Part shown: one piece after another, positions 36,777 to 46,562 of the stretch
Numbering within the stretch: position 1 is the stretch's first letter
Layout: every line of letters begins with the position of its first letter
The notes under the pieces: generated by a model
What the model was told of the DNA's origin: nothing
The model's database searches: none
The model's input: only the letters and a program-made list of their open reading frames with translations
IMG/VR virus record: IMGVR_UViG_3300048895_000023
Span: 1 to 54,335 of that record
Length of the DNA stretch: 54,335 bases
Reading direction: 5' to 3' (one strand)
From: a virus
Taxonomy: Duplodnaviria; Caudoviricetes
Made by a program: the position numbers and the translations under genes

Positions 36777-37076
36777 ATGGACACCATCGTTCCAAAGCCC
36801 ATGCCACCAAAGAAGAGAGAACCCAGTGCGGAGACTCTGAAGATGCAGCAGGATATTCGTGCACTCACGAACGCCCTACTCGATGACGAAAACACGGTCC
36901 TGGAAACTCCAGAGCCTGTAGTCGTCGAGAAGCCGGCTGTCGTACGTCCGAAGAAGCCTTACCATCCTGACCCGCATCTGACTGCACGCCCTTTCAAGGA
37001 CAACGCAGAACTGCATGCTCTTCAGGTACGAATGAATGCCCAAAAGCGTAACACCAAAACCAAGGAGAAGAATTGA
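36777..37076 (+). CDS. hypothetical protein
   Basis: RBS AGGAG. Confidence 0.65.
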   Translation: MDTIVPKPMPPKKREPSAETLKMQQDIRALTNALLDDENTVLETPEPVVVEKPAVVRPKKPYHPDPHLTARPFKDNAELHALQVRMNAQKRNTKTKEKN

Positions 37077-37855
37077 TGAACCAGAATCTTAAGACTGCAC
37101 TGATTGCAGCTGCGGGAGTACTCGCAGGAGGTGTCACCGGATATTTCATCGGTGGTGCCATCGTTACCCAGAAGACCCAGAAGATGCTTGACCTGTTCAT
37201 TGAACAGACCAACGCTGACTATGAGGACTTCAAGAACCGTCACACCAAGTCAGGGGAATATTCCACTGTCGAAGGTGCCGCAGCAGTGCTCCTTCCTCCC
37301 AAGGAAGAGGACGAGCCGGGAATCCAGCTGTTCGAGGATGAGGAACCTATCATCCCGAAGGACTTCATCGACCAGTTCCACGAGCGTGTCAACGGCCCCT
37401 ACGGTGGAGTGAGCTTCCCTGGACAGGTGGAGTCGGCCACTAATGCAGATGAGGAGGATGACGTGCCTATTTCTTCGGTACCCGGATTCCTTTCCGTCCG
37501 TGACCCAAATGGTCCTTACGTTATCAGCATTGATGACTACATGGACGACGCGGAAACCCCATTCGAGAAGGTTGAGATGACATATTTCGAGGGTGATGAC
37601 ACTCTCGTAGATGCTCGCAACCAGATCGTACCCGACATTGATGGTGTCGTTGGTAAGAAGAACTTTGACAAGTGGGGTCAAGGAACGACGGATCCAAACC
37701 AGGTTTACGTTCGCAATGAGCGTCTCGAGCTAGATATCGAGATCACTCGCGATGACAACACCTACACTCGAGCAGTCCTCCATATTATCCCGGAGGAAGA
37801 AGTACAGCGCTCGATGACCAAGCCGCTGAAGATGCGTGAGGGTGATGACCGTTAA
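37073..37855 (+). CDS. membrane-anchored acidic hypothetical protein
   Basis: N-terminal TM; PYVISIDDY...YFEGDDTLVD...VYVRNE. Confidence 0.75.
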   Translation: MMNQNLKTALIAAAGVLAGGVTGYFIGGAIVTQKTQKMLDLFIEQTNADYEDFKNRHTKSGEYSTVEGAAAVLLPPKEEDEPGIQLFEDEEPIIPKDFIDQFHERVNGPYGGVSFPGQVESATNADEEDDVPISSVPGFLSVRDPNGPYVISIDDYMDDAETPFEKVEMTYFEGDDTLVDARNQIVPDIDGVVGKKNFDKWGQGTTDPNQVYVRNERLELDIEITRDDNTYTRAVLHIIPEEEVQRSMTKPLKMREGDDR

Positions 37856-38390
37856 TGGCACACTCGACGATCGCTATCTGACCTGGCTTCACCGTCAACT
37901 AGAACCTGACACTCTACGCAATCCTGCGCGTTCTCATTGGAAGCTGTTCATTCAGCTACATGGGACAGAGTTCACGTGGTTCATTCCAAATGATGACAAC
38001 CGCTTATTTGATGGACTCGACATTCGTGCCGAGTACGTTGATGCGGAAGAGGGCGGCGACGTTCCTGGACACTGGCTTTCACAGGCCTGCTCGTTCTTGG
38101 AAATGCTCGTCGCCCTCAGTCGTCGGATGGCATTTGAGACCGAGCGAGAGCCAGATTTCTGGTTCTGGCAAATGATAGAGAACCTTAATCTGCGTATTTA
38201 CACGGATGAGGTTTATGACAGCGAAGTGGAAAGTTTGGTTGATGATATTATCACAGGTGTCATTCAGCGGACTTTCCGGGCGGATGGGAGCGACGGCTTG
38301 TTCCCACTCCGCCATCCGGGGACAGATCAAAGAGAAGTCGAAATATGGTATCAGATGTCCCAGTATCTTATGGAGAACATCGTCGTTTGA
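37845..38390 (+). CDS. conserved phage hypothetical protein
   Basis: YLTWL...NDDNR..DG..IR...CSFLEMLVAL...GLFPL...EIWYQM. Confidence 0.75.
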   Translation: MTVNGTLDDRYLTWLHRQLEPDTLRNPARSHWKLFIQLHGTEFTWFIPNDDNRLFDGLDIRAEYVDAEEGGDVPGHWLSQACSFLEMLVALSRRMAFETEREPDFWFWQMIENLNLRIYTDEVYDSEVESLVDDIITGVIQRTFRADGSDGLFPLRHPGTDQREVEIWYQMSQYLMENIVV

Positions 38391-38412
38391 CTCACGCTCT
38401 TGAAAGGAGGAA

Positions 38413-41400
38413 GTGATGGATTTTTATCAGCTTAAAGAGCGTGAGTTAGACGGAAAGAAGACCGGTGTAGTAGAGGTATATCCTGACTTCCGGATTGTAA
38501 GATCTAAGGATCTTATGGTCCGCGGCAAGCAGTTCTATGCCATTTGGGATGCCGAACGAAACCTCTGGTCACAGGACGAGTACGATGTACAACGCCTAGT
38601 CGATCAGGAAATTGCCGATCATGAAGTAAAGGCAACAACCGTCATTGAGGTGCACCGCAAATATCTTGGGAACTTCAGCACTAACAGCTGGCTTTCCTTT
38701 AGAAATTATGTAGGGCACCTCTCTGACAATAGCCATCAGCTTGACGCTGAGTTGACCTTTGCAAACACGGATGTGAAGAAGGAAGATTATGTCTCAAGAC
38801 GTCTACCTTACCCCCTGGCAGCGGGAGATATTAGCGCGTATGACGAACTCATCGGTACTCTATACTCACCAGAGGAGAAAGCTAAACTGGAATGGGCTGT
38901 TGGAGCTATTATGGCCGGCGATGCCAAGCATATCCAGAAGTTCATTGTCCTATACGGTGCGGCTGGTACCGGAAAGTCTACGTTCCTCATCATTCTGCAA
39001 AAGCTCACAGACGGATATTTCATCACGTTTGATGCTAAAGCCCTTACCGGGAATAACAACGCTTTCTCCACAGAGGTATTCAAGTCTAATCCACTCGTAG
39101 CAATCCAGCACGATGGAGACTTGAGTCGTATTGAGGACAACACGAAGTTGAACTCAATCGTATCTCACGAAATTATGACGATGAACGAGAAGTACAAGCC
39201 CTCGTTCGATGCGATCATCATGGCATTTCTCTTCATGGGTACTAACAAGCCAGTGAAGATCACGGATGCCAAGTCGGGTCTTATTCGTCGTATGATCGAT
39301 GTGAAGCCTACTGGAGAGAAGGTGTCTGCTCGTAAGTACCAGTCGCTCATGGCACAGATTGAATTCGAGCTGGGGGCTATCGCTGCTCACTGCTTGGAGG
39401 TATATCGTGAAATGGGTAAGGATTACTACTCGGGCTACCGGCCAGAGGACATGATGCTTCAGACAGACGTGTTCTTTAACTACGTCGAGTGGTACTGGGA
39501 TGATCTCAAGGAAGCAGATGGCATCAGCCTGACGCGTGCCTATGATCTGTACAAGGAATATTGCAAGGACTCGAGCCTTGACTTCGTAATGCCAAAATAT
39601 AAGTTCCGTGAGGAGCTGAAGAACTACTTCGGAAGTTTCGAGGATGTTCATGTGGATGCTAACGGTAGTCGGGTTCGGGGTTGGTATACTGGTTTCACAG
39701 CTGACAAGTTCAAGTCACAGAAGCACGTCGAGGAAGATTCTCGTGTGTTCTCTCTGGTAATGGATGAGACAGAGTCTATATTTGACCGTGAGATGGCCAG
39801 AATGCCAGCCCAGTACGCAACGGCTAATGACGATGAGTACATGAAGTTCTGGAGCAACAAGCCCCGTACAGGAAAGAATGGCAAGGAGTATATTCCGGCA
39901 GATAGTCGGGTTGTACACACTACCCTTCAGGATCTGGATACCCACAAAGAACATTACGTCAAGGTGCCTGAGAATCATATTGTCATTGACTTTGACCTGA
40001 GAGGAGCAGACGGTGAGAAAAGCGCAGAGAGAAATCTTGAAGCAGCTTCTAGCTGGCCTTCTACCTATGCCGAATTCAGTCGTTCTGGAGGAGGAATTCA
40101 TCTCCACTATATCTACGATGGAGATGTCGCCGATCTTAGTTCGGTCTATGACGATGGAATCGAAGTCAAGGTATATCGAGGTGATGCCAGCCTACGACGA
40201 GCCCTTAGCCGATGCAACAATGTCCCGGTGGCAACAATTAATAGCGGACTCCCGCTAAAGGAGAAAAAAGTGATGAATTCCGACCAGATCAAGTCTGAGA
40301 AAGCTCTCAGAGAATTGATCGAACGGAATCTTAAGAAGGAAATTCACGCTGGCACTAAGTCAAGTGTGGACTTTATTCATAAGATTCTAGAGGATGCATA
40401 TGCTTCGGGACTCGTCTATGACGTTACCGACATGCGTAATCGTATCCTCGCGTTCGCCAGTAACAGTACAAACCAAGCCCTACCAGCTATTCGTGTGGTT
40501 GCCTCGATGAAGTTCGCTTCTGAGGTAACTGTTGAGAAGTATGAGGAAGTCGCAATGGAAGAGGCACCACTTGTCTTCTTCGATACCGAGGTCTTCAAGA
40601 ATCTCTTCATGGTCTGCTGGAAGTATGCTGGTGCGCCAAACGTAACGACCATGATTAACCCCACGCCGGCTGAGATTGAGCAGTTGATGAAGTTCCGTCT
40701 TGTCGGTTATAACAACCGTAAGTACGACAACCATATTCTCTATGCTCGCTATCTCGGCTATGACAATGAGCGTCTCTACAAGCTCAGTCAGAAGCTCATT
40801 AGCAACGTCCCGAATGCCATGTTTGGTGAGGCCTACAACCTCGCTTACACGGATATTTATGACTTCGCCAATGAGAAGAAGAGTCTCAAGAAGTGGGAAG
40901 TCGAGCTCGATATTCCACACATTGAGCTGGGTATGGACTGGGATGCTCCTGCTGACGAGAGCCTTTGGCCTCAGATTGCAGAGTATTGCGCTAACGATGT
41001 CCGAGCAGAAGAGGCAGTCTTTAACCACCGTAAGGAAGATTTCCTTGCACGGCAGATTCTGTCTGAGCTCTCCGGACTCCCAATGAGTGCTACCACGGCG
41101 CAGCACACCTCGAAGATCATATTCGGGGACAACCGCCGTCCGCAGGAAGACTTCGTATACACGGATCTTTCGAAGGAGTTCAAGGGCTACGAGTTCAAGC
41201 TCGGTAAGTCAACTTATATGGGTGAAGACCCTAGTGAGGGAGGCTACGTATATTCTGAACCTGGGATGTATGAGAATGTCATTGAGCTGGATGTTGCATC
41301 CATGCACCCTACCTCGATCGAGCAGCTTGAGTTGTTTGGACCTCACACCGAGAAGTATTCGGAGATCAAGAGGGCTCGTATTGCTATCAAGCGTCGTGAC

Positions 41401-42252
41401 TTCGAGAGTGCAAAACTCATGTTCAATGGTCGTCTTGCCAAGTTCCTCGAGGATATTGAGGGAGCAGAAGCTCTGGCCTATGCGCTCAAGATTGTTATTA
41501 ACATTGTCTACGGATTGACGTCAGCACGATTTGACAACATATTCCGTGACCCTCGCAACGTCGATAACATCGTCGCAAAGCGTGGAGCATTGTTCATGAT
41601 CAATCTGAAGCACAAGGTTCAGAAGTGGGGCTACCAGGTCATCCATATTAAGACGGACTCGATCAAGATCGTTGTTCCCAAGGGTGAAGACCCTAAGAGC
41701 ATTATCGATATGGTCATGGAGTACGGTGAAGAGTTCGGTTACGAGTTCGAGCATGACGCTACCTATGAGAAGATCTGCCTCGTCAATGACGCGGTATTCA
41801 TTGGTAAGAAGACTGACGGACGCAAGCCTTCTGAATGGAGTGCCACAGGAGCTCAGTTCCAGCACCCCTACGTATTCAAGAAGCTCTTCACGCACCAGCC
41901 CATCCAGTTCAAGGACAAGTGCGAGGTAAAGTCGGTAACGACCAGTCTCTGGCTCGAGTTCACTGATCCGGATGAGGCCATGGCTCTTGACGAACCAAAC
42001 CGCCGCTTTGTCGGTAAGACGGGTATATTCTGCCCGATCGTACCCGATGGGGGAGGTGGACGACTTTGCCGTGAGAAGGATGGGAAGTTCCATGCTGCTA
42101 CTGGCTCCACCGGATATTTCTGGTTGGAAGCCGACATGGTAAAGACTCTTGAGAAGGAGAAGCAGATCGACATGCGTTACTTCGATAATCTCGTCAATGC
42201 TGCCAAGGAAGATATTGGTAAGTTCGGCGACGTTGAATGGTTCGTGTCGTGA
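38413..42252 (+). CDS. SF3 helicase / primase-like / family B DNA polymerase fusion
   Basis: GAAGTGKST and MGTN (SF3); VIDFD and SRSGGGIHLHY (AEP/primpol-like); FDTE, YNNRKYD, YCANDV (3'-5' exonuclease); DVASMHP, KIVINIVYG, KTDS (polB motifs). Confidence 0.88.
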   Translation: MMDFYQLKERELDGKKTGVVEVYPDFRIVRSKDLMVRGKQFYAIWDAERNLWSQDEYDVQRLVDQEIADHEVKATTVIEVHRKYLGNFSTNSWLSFRNYVGHLSDNSHQLDAELTFANTDVKKEDYVSRRLPYPLAAGDISAYDELIGTLYSPEEKAKLEWAVGAIMAGDAKHIQKFIVLYGAAGTGKSTFLIILQKLTDGYFITFDAKALTGNNNAFSTEVFKSNPLVAIQHDGDLSRIEDNTKLNSIVSHEIMTMNEKYKPSFDAIIMAFLFMGTNKPVKITDAKSGLIRRMIDVKPTGEKVSARKYQSLMAQIEFELGAIAAHCLEVYREMGKDYYSGYRPEDMMLQTDVFFNYVEWYWDDLKEADGISLTRAYDLYKEYCKDSSLDFVMPKYKFREELKNYFGSFEDVHVDANGSRVRGWYTGFTADKFKSQKHVEEDSRVFSLVMDETESIFDREMARMPAQYATANDDEYMKFWSNKPRTGKNGKEYIPADSRVVHTTLQDLDTHKEHYVKVPENHIVIDFDLRGADGEKSAERNLEAASSWPSTYAEFSRSGGGIHLHYIYDGDVADLSSVYDDGIEVKVYRGDASLRRALSRCNNVPVATINSGLPLKEKKVMNSDQIKSEKALRELIERNLKKEIHAGTKSSVDFIHKILEDAYASGLVYDVTDMRNRILAFASNSTNQALPAIRVVASMKFASEVTVEKYEEVAMEEAPLVFFDTEVFKNLFMVCWKYAGAPNVTTMINPTPAEIEQLMKFRLVGYNNRKYDNHILYARYLGYDNERLYKLSQKLISNVPNAMFGEAYNLAYTDIYDFANEKKSLKKWEVELDIPHIELGMDWDAPADESLWPQIAEYCANDVRAEEAVFNHRKEDFLARQILSELSGLPMSATTAQHTSKIIFGDNRRPQEDFVYTDLSKEFKGYEFKLGKSTYMGEDPSEGGYVYSEPGMYENVIELDVASMHPTSIEQLELFGPHTEKYSEIKRARIAIKRRDFESAKLMFNGRLAKFLEDIEGAEALAYALKIVINIVYGLTSARFDNIFRDPRNVDNIVAKRGALFMINLKHKVQKWGYQVIHIKTDSIKIVVPKGEDPKSIIDMVMEYGEEFGYEFEHDATYEKICLVNDAVFIGKKTDGRKPSEWSATGAQFQHPYVFKKLFTHQPIQFKDKCEVKSVTTSLWLEFTDPDEAMALDEPNRRFVGKTGIFCPIVPDGGGGRLCREKDGKFHAATGSTGYFWLEADMVKTLEKEKQIDMRYFDNLVNAAKEDIGKFGDVEWFVS

Positions 42253-42488
42253 GTACCGGAGTCCCCTCTGAGGGATACGTTCCGGTATATCTCGAAGATC
42301 GCACGTTGATTGGGAAAGCTAAAATCTCAAATGACGGTAAGCACATCGAGATTGATATCCCTGGAGATTCTCCCGTTGCTGAGTTGATGGCTGAAGGCCT
42401 TATTGGTCTCAGTACTTGGTCAATGGCGGCAGGTACTCCTGTGGGAGCGTTTAAAGAAGAAGTTACAAACAATAAAGGAGAAAACTGA
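42249..42488 (+). CDS. hypothetical protein
   Basis: GTGA overlap with polymerase stop. Confidence 0.6.
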   Translation: MSTGVPSEGYVPVYLEDRTLIGKAKISNDGKHIEIDIPGDSPVAELMAEGLIGLSTWSMAAGTPVGAFKEEVTNNKGEN

Positions 42489-43030
42489 TGGCTAAGGCTG
42501 CAGCAAAGCGTCGCATGGACGACGTGACAATGGAAGGGGTGCAGATCCGCATCCGAAACTTCACTGGTAAGGAGGGGACCTACAACGTCAAGGGACAGCG
42601 TAACTTCCTCGTTCTTCTCAATGATGACGTTGCTGACGCAATGCTCGAAGATGGATGGAACGTAAAGTACCTGAAGCCTCGCGACGAAGATGAGCGTCCG
42701 CAGCCCTTCCTCAAGGTCAAGGTGAACTTCGACAGTGAGCCCAAGCCCCGTGTTGTTCTCGTTACCACGCGTAACAAGACGACTCTGAGCGAAGAGGATG
42801 CCTATATCCTCGACTGGGCAGACATCGTATCCTCGGATCTCATCATCAATCCATACCAGTGGACGCGAGATGACGGTCGTAGCGGAATTACGGCCTATCT
42901 CCGCGCTGGTTACTTCACGATCAACGAAAACGAGTTGGACCTGAAGTACGCAGATGTTCCTGAGAACCAGGTAGACAGTGCCCAGGCAAATGCCGGCAGT
43001 GTTCACTTCGTTGACTCTGACGATCTGTAA
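42488..43030 (+). CDS. putative single-stranded DNA-binding protein
   Basis: RNFTG...RNF...GWNVK...DLIINPYQW...G..AYL, acidic tail, next to polymerase. Confidence 0.65.
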   Translation: MAKAAAKRRMDDVTMEGVQIRIRNFTGKEGTYNVKGQRNFLVLLNDDVADAMLEDGWNVKYLKPRDEDERPQPFLKVKVNFDSEPKPRVVLVTTRNKTTLSEEDAYILDWADIVSSDLIINPYQWTRDDGRSGITAYLRAGYFTINENELDLKYADVPENQVDSAQANAGSVHFVDSDDL

Positions 43031-43032
43031 CA

Positions 43033-43194
43033 ATGGAATTTGATTGTGGTGGGTGTGGACATTCCTTGGGATTCCACACCCACCATGGTTGCCAGCACTA
43101 CGGGTGCAACTGCCGTAATGCTCAGATTAACATTATCTACAATCTAGTAGACTATGTTGTAGAAAACCAAAGAGCATATGACGAAGTGGAGTAA
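43033..43194 (+). CDS. 53-aa Cys/His-rich protein
   Basis: MEFDCGGCGHSLGFHTHHGCQHYGCNC...; not in the ORF track. Confidence 0.55.
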   Translation: MEFDCGGCGHSLGFHTHHGCQHYGCNCRNAQINIIYNLVDYVVENQRAYDEVE

Positions 43195-43498
43195 GGTATT
43201 GAGTAACGAAATTACAGTACACTATAAGATGCTCACGAAGCACGTTCTCGAGGATGAGAATGAAGTGCGCCGATATTCATGCTCAGAGTGTGGTCAGGAC
43301 ATTTTCAATGTGAATGTCCACGCCCAGTTTGAGCACGACACGTTGCTCTTCGACATCGATCCCGAGGAGGCTCCAAGAGAGCATGATGCCCCCTTTCACC
43401 CCTGTGGAGTATCTGGATGCGAATTCGCCCCACATGAGGGCGGTCCTCATTCGTGGGAGTCAAAAGCGAAGGAGTTAACAGATGAAGCAAACGTTTAG
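43178..43498 (+). CDS. Zn-finger-like hypothetical protein
   Basis: CSECG...HAQFEH and CGVSGC...H...H; start may be 43199. Confidence 0.65.
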   Translation: MTKWSKVLSNEITVHYKMLTKHVLEDENEVRRYSCSECGQDIFNVNVHAQFEHDTLLFDIDPEEAPREHDAPFHPCGVSGCEFAPHEGGPHSWESKAKELTDEANV

Positions 43499-43919
43499 AA
43501 GTCGTATTCGTGAGTGGAGATACTGGCATATCACGCGTAAGACTCAGAACTTTGTTCCGTGGCTTGCTCGAAAGCTGCCACGGAAGCTGAAGTACTACGT
43601 TGTTATTCACGGTATGGTTTCCGTGGAGCCCAATGTAGAGCCTACGAGCGTCACGGGCATGCAGATGCTGAAGCTCTGGAACCCGGATGAGATCGTAAGA
43701 TCTAAACCTCTTCATGATCTTTTGGGTGAGCCTAAGCGTGCAGAAAATAACCAAGACCTTAAAGTTTGTCCCGAGTGTACTGCTGGAAAGCATAACAACT
43801 GTGACGGCTTTGGGGATATTGACGATGACGACAATCTACTTCGATGTGGTTGCTGGCAGCGTTACCATTTGCTAGAGATCGAAGGTAGTGACGTTGAGAA
43901 TCCGCACAAAAAAGTATAA
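43482..43919 (+). CDS. hypothetical protein with Cys-rich C-terminus
   Basis: RBS AAGGAG; CPEC...H..C...CGC. Confidence 0.65.
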   Translation: MKQTFRSRIREWRYWHITRKTQNFVPWLARKLPRKLKYYVVIHGMVSVEPNVEPTSVTGMQMLKLWNPDEIVRSKPLHDLLGEPKRAENNQDLKVCPECTAGKHNNCDGFGDIDDDDNLLRCGCWQRYHLLEIEGSDVENPHKKV

Positions 43920-44211
43920 CTACGGCTGGGGGAATCCTGAGGAACCCCTACGCTGTGTCCAGGTGACCGAGAAGAACTACGTCGATATTGCTAACTGGGT
44001 CGTCTCAGTCAACGCAAAGGGCGAGAAGAAGCCGGCACTGGCTATCGTCAAGGTTGGTAAGAACAACGTTGAGTCCGATCACCGCGTACAGTTCAGTACT
44101 CCTAACGGAACCCGTGTTGCCCGAGTGGGTGACTGGATCGGTAAGGAGTGGTCTGCTGTATGCATCGTCGTTAAGAAGGCGGACTTCGAGAGAAATTTCT
44201 TCCCCGTCTAA
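43888..44211 (+). CDS. hypothetical protein
   Basis: TPNGTRVARVGDWIGK...K.DFERNF pattern. Confidence 0.7.
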   Translation: MTLRIRTKKYNYGWGNPEEPLRCVQVTEKNYVDIANWVVSVNAKGEKKPALAIVKVGKNNVESDHRVQFSTPNGTRVARVGDWIGKEWSAVCIVVKKADFERNFFPV

Positions 44212-44262
44212 CCATTTATCCTGGGTATGATTTAAAACTGCCCTTCTCTTGAAAGGAGACAT

Positions 44263-44682
44263 ATGCCTAGTATTGAAGGATTGGCCGATGAGCCATGCCT
44301 TATTTGTAATCACCTACTTCGACACCATGTGAACGGACCAGAGGTCAAAGGCGCATGCCAGGGTCTCTTGTGTCGGTGCGATGGGTTTGTCTTTAATCCT
44401 ACCCCAGTAGCAGACAAGATGGGAAGACTTTACGAAGAAGCAGTTCTTGAACCGGACATGGTAAATCATCCCCCGCACTACAAGAGTGGTTCCATTGAGG
44501 TCTGGGACTTCATTATCGACCAAGATCTCTCTTACGCATCCGGGAATGTAGTAAAGTATATTTCCAGAGCAGGTAAGAAGGGTAAGGACACCCATCTGCA
44601 GGACCTTGAGAAGGCACAGGCATATCTCAAGCGCGAAATTCAACGAGTAAAAGATCTCTTGAAAGGAGATAAAAGTGGATGA
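44263..44682 (+). CDS. DUF3310-like protein with N-terminal Cys/His extension
   Basis: VNHPPHY..G.IEVWDFI...GNVVKYISRAGKK...DLEKA..YL.REI. Confidence 0.8.
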   Translation: MPSIEGLADEPCLICNHLLRHHVNGPEVKGACQGLLCRCDGFVFNPTPVADKMGRLYEEAVLEPDMVNHPPHYKSGSIEVWDFIIDQDLSYASGNVVKYISRAGKKGKDTHLQDLEKAQAYLKREIQRVKDLLKGDKSG

Positions 44683-44917
44683 AGAAATGTCAGAGCTGAT
44701 TCATCAGCCGAATGCTTGGCATAACAGCGATGGACAAGTCCTTATGCTGTGTGCCATTGAGGAAATGCACCCGCTAGCCAAGGGCAGTAAGCAGGCAGTC
44801 ACCGTCATTGGTGGCCTTGCTATCTGTCAGGATCACATGGAGAAGGCTATTGACGCTCTCCGTGCAGGTCAGCCGATCACTCAGATCGTCATGCAGGCCC
44901 TGGCTGGTGAGTTCTAG
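44675..44917 (+). CDS. hypothetical protein
   Basis: RBS CTCTTGAAAGGAG. Confidence 0.7.
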   Translation: MDEEMSELIHQPNAWHNSDGQVLMLCAIEEMHPLAKGSKQAVTVIGGLAICQDHMEKAIDALRAGQPITQIVMQALAGEF

Positions 44918-45297
44918 TGAGTCGCGACGACGGCTACCTGGTTCGCCAGAGGCCTCGTAAGACTTACGCGATGGCTGGCAAGTGGGTAGTACAACACTAC
45001 TTCACAAGTGCTCAGTGGCCGGATATTAACGATCCTAGTCTTGAGGAGTACGGCAATCTGGAGTCAGCACTTGGGGCGTATAAAGACGCTGCGAATGAGA
45101 CTGAGTATGGTTTCCGTATCGTACAGGACGAGCCACTTATTTCTGGTGGCTCCACCGTCTACGATGCTGAGCACACCGAGGAAACGCTTAGGCGGGTCTA
45201 TGGTGCTCTGCATACCGAAGGCATCTACGGTCAAAAGGCTGTGGATGTAGTCAATGCAATTCACAACAACGGCGTACTATTTAGGGATCGATCATGA
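44917..45297 (+). CDS. hypothetical protein
   Basis: coupled to neighbours. Confidence 0.7.
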   Translation: MSRDDGYLVRQRPRKTYAMAGKWVVQHYFTSAQWPDINDPSLEEYGNLESALGAYKDAANETEYGFRIVQDEPLISGGSTVYDAEHTEETLRRVYGALHTEGIYGQKAVDVVNAIHNNGVLFRDRS

Positions 45298-45713
45298 TTA
45301 CGGAGTGGTGGCAGTGGATATTCGTGATTGCTGGAGGACTCCTGCTTGCGGGAATCTCCTACATCCTATTCAGTATCATTATTGGGCTGATTGCTATGTG
45401 GAGCGGTAAGATCTACTGGCACACTTATGCCTGGGCTCACAACCGTAAAGCCCGTAAGCTGAATGAGAAGGCTCGACTTGAGCGACTCAAGCGTACGGAT
45501 TGGGAAGGCATTCGTCTTCCTATGGGCAAGTCTGGCGAATTGACATATTCTGTCGAAGAGCAGATGTCCTGGGTAAGTGTTGACTCCCATCGTCTTGAGA
45601 AGGTCCTTAAGGATCGTGCTGATGACCTGGGAGTTGAGTTCCAATTTGCTACCAACAACGCGACGAGAGAAATCTCTGTTCGTTGGGCACCACGTCTGCG
45701 CGTGGATAAATAG
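45294..45713 (+). CDS. membrane-anchored hypothetical protein
   Basis: N-terminal TM segment. Confidence 0.7.
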   Translation: MITEWWQWIFVIAGGLLLAGISYILFSIIIGLIAMWSGKIYWHTYAWAHNRKARKLNEKARLERLKRTDWEGIRLPMGKSGELTYSVEEQMSWVSVDSHRLEKVLKDRADDLGVEFQFATNNATREISVRWAPRLRVDK

Positions 45714-46015
45714 GTCTTAGGCGCAGAGCGGGTAATGGGGTGACTTCATAGAGGAGGAGATCATCAAACGGGTTGAAGCCGGATTTGCTAACTAGTTTAG
45801 CCAAAAACCTACCCCATTATCGTGACAATTACTAGCATGCACCGGTTGAAAAAGCCCGGATAGTCGGTCACTATGAGTGATCCAAAAGCCCCTGCTGATT
45901 AATTAGGTCATTCATAGGCTGTGTGACGAGAATGGACGGACTGATTACCCGTCTATACGAGGCTCGTCAGGGGGCCGCTCTAGGAAATCTTACTGACCTA
46001 GAGCGGCCCTTCCAC
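45714..46015 (+). ncRNA. candidate structured RNA region
   Basis: ~300 nt without an ORF of 60 aa or more; stems GGTAATGGGGT/ACCCCATTATC, GTGAC/GTCAC, CTATGAGTGA/TCATTCATAG, TGACGAG/CTCGTCA, GGCCGCTCTAGG/CCTAGAGCGGCC. Confidence 0.45.
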
Positions 46016-46038
46016 CAAACTCTCTTGAAAGGGGAAGA

Positions 46039-46293
46039 GTGCCTAGCAATGAGATTCAACTAGCTGCTCATATTCAGTTAGAAGGCATGAAGAACGTTCT
46101 CATTGCGAATCCCACTGAAGGTGAGTATTTCATTGAGAATCTAAAGATGCTTGATGGTGGTGAGCAAAACTGGGTACTGACGTTTCTGATCATGCATCTG
46201 TCACGGCAGTTTCCGCAATTTTATTTCATTAGAACTGAGAGCCTGGACCCGAATGTTCGAGGTATCTTAGTCCGTTGGAGGTTTAAAAGATGA
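46039..46293 (+). CDS. hypothetical protein
   Basis: GTG after CTCTTGAAAGGGG. Confidence 0.65.
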   Translation: MPSNEIQLAAHIQLEGMKNVLIANPTEGEYFIENLKMLDGGEQNWVLTFLIMHLSRQFPQFYFIRTESLDPNVRGILVRWRFKR

Positions 46294-46562
46294 GCATTAC
46301 TGACTCGGAAGAGCTGGCTAAAGCAAAGAAGGACGTGGAAGCATCTGTTGCGGCTTATATCGCAATCCGTGAGAAGGAAGACAATGACGTTGACAACATC
46401 TACGTTGTCGCATGGGCAGTACACGCCGAGTACCTAAAAGCTGATGATATTAACGATGGTAAGACCACCTCGGTCTCTATTGTTAAAGAAGATCAGATGG
46501 CTAGTGCTACTATGGGACTCTTTGAATTCGGAAAGCAGGATTTTTCACAATGGAAGCGGTAG
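46290..46562 (+). CDS. hypothetical protein
   Basis: RBS GGAGG, ATGA overlap. Confidence 0.7.
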   Translation: MSITDSEELAKAKKDVEASVAAYIAIREKEDNDVDNIYVVAWAVHAEYLKADDINDGKTTSVSIVKEDQMASATMGLFEFGKQDFSQWKR

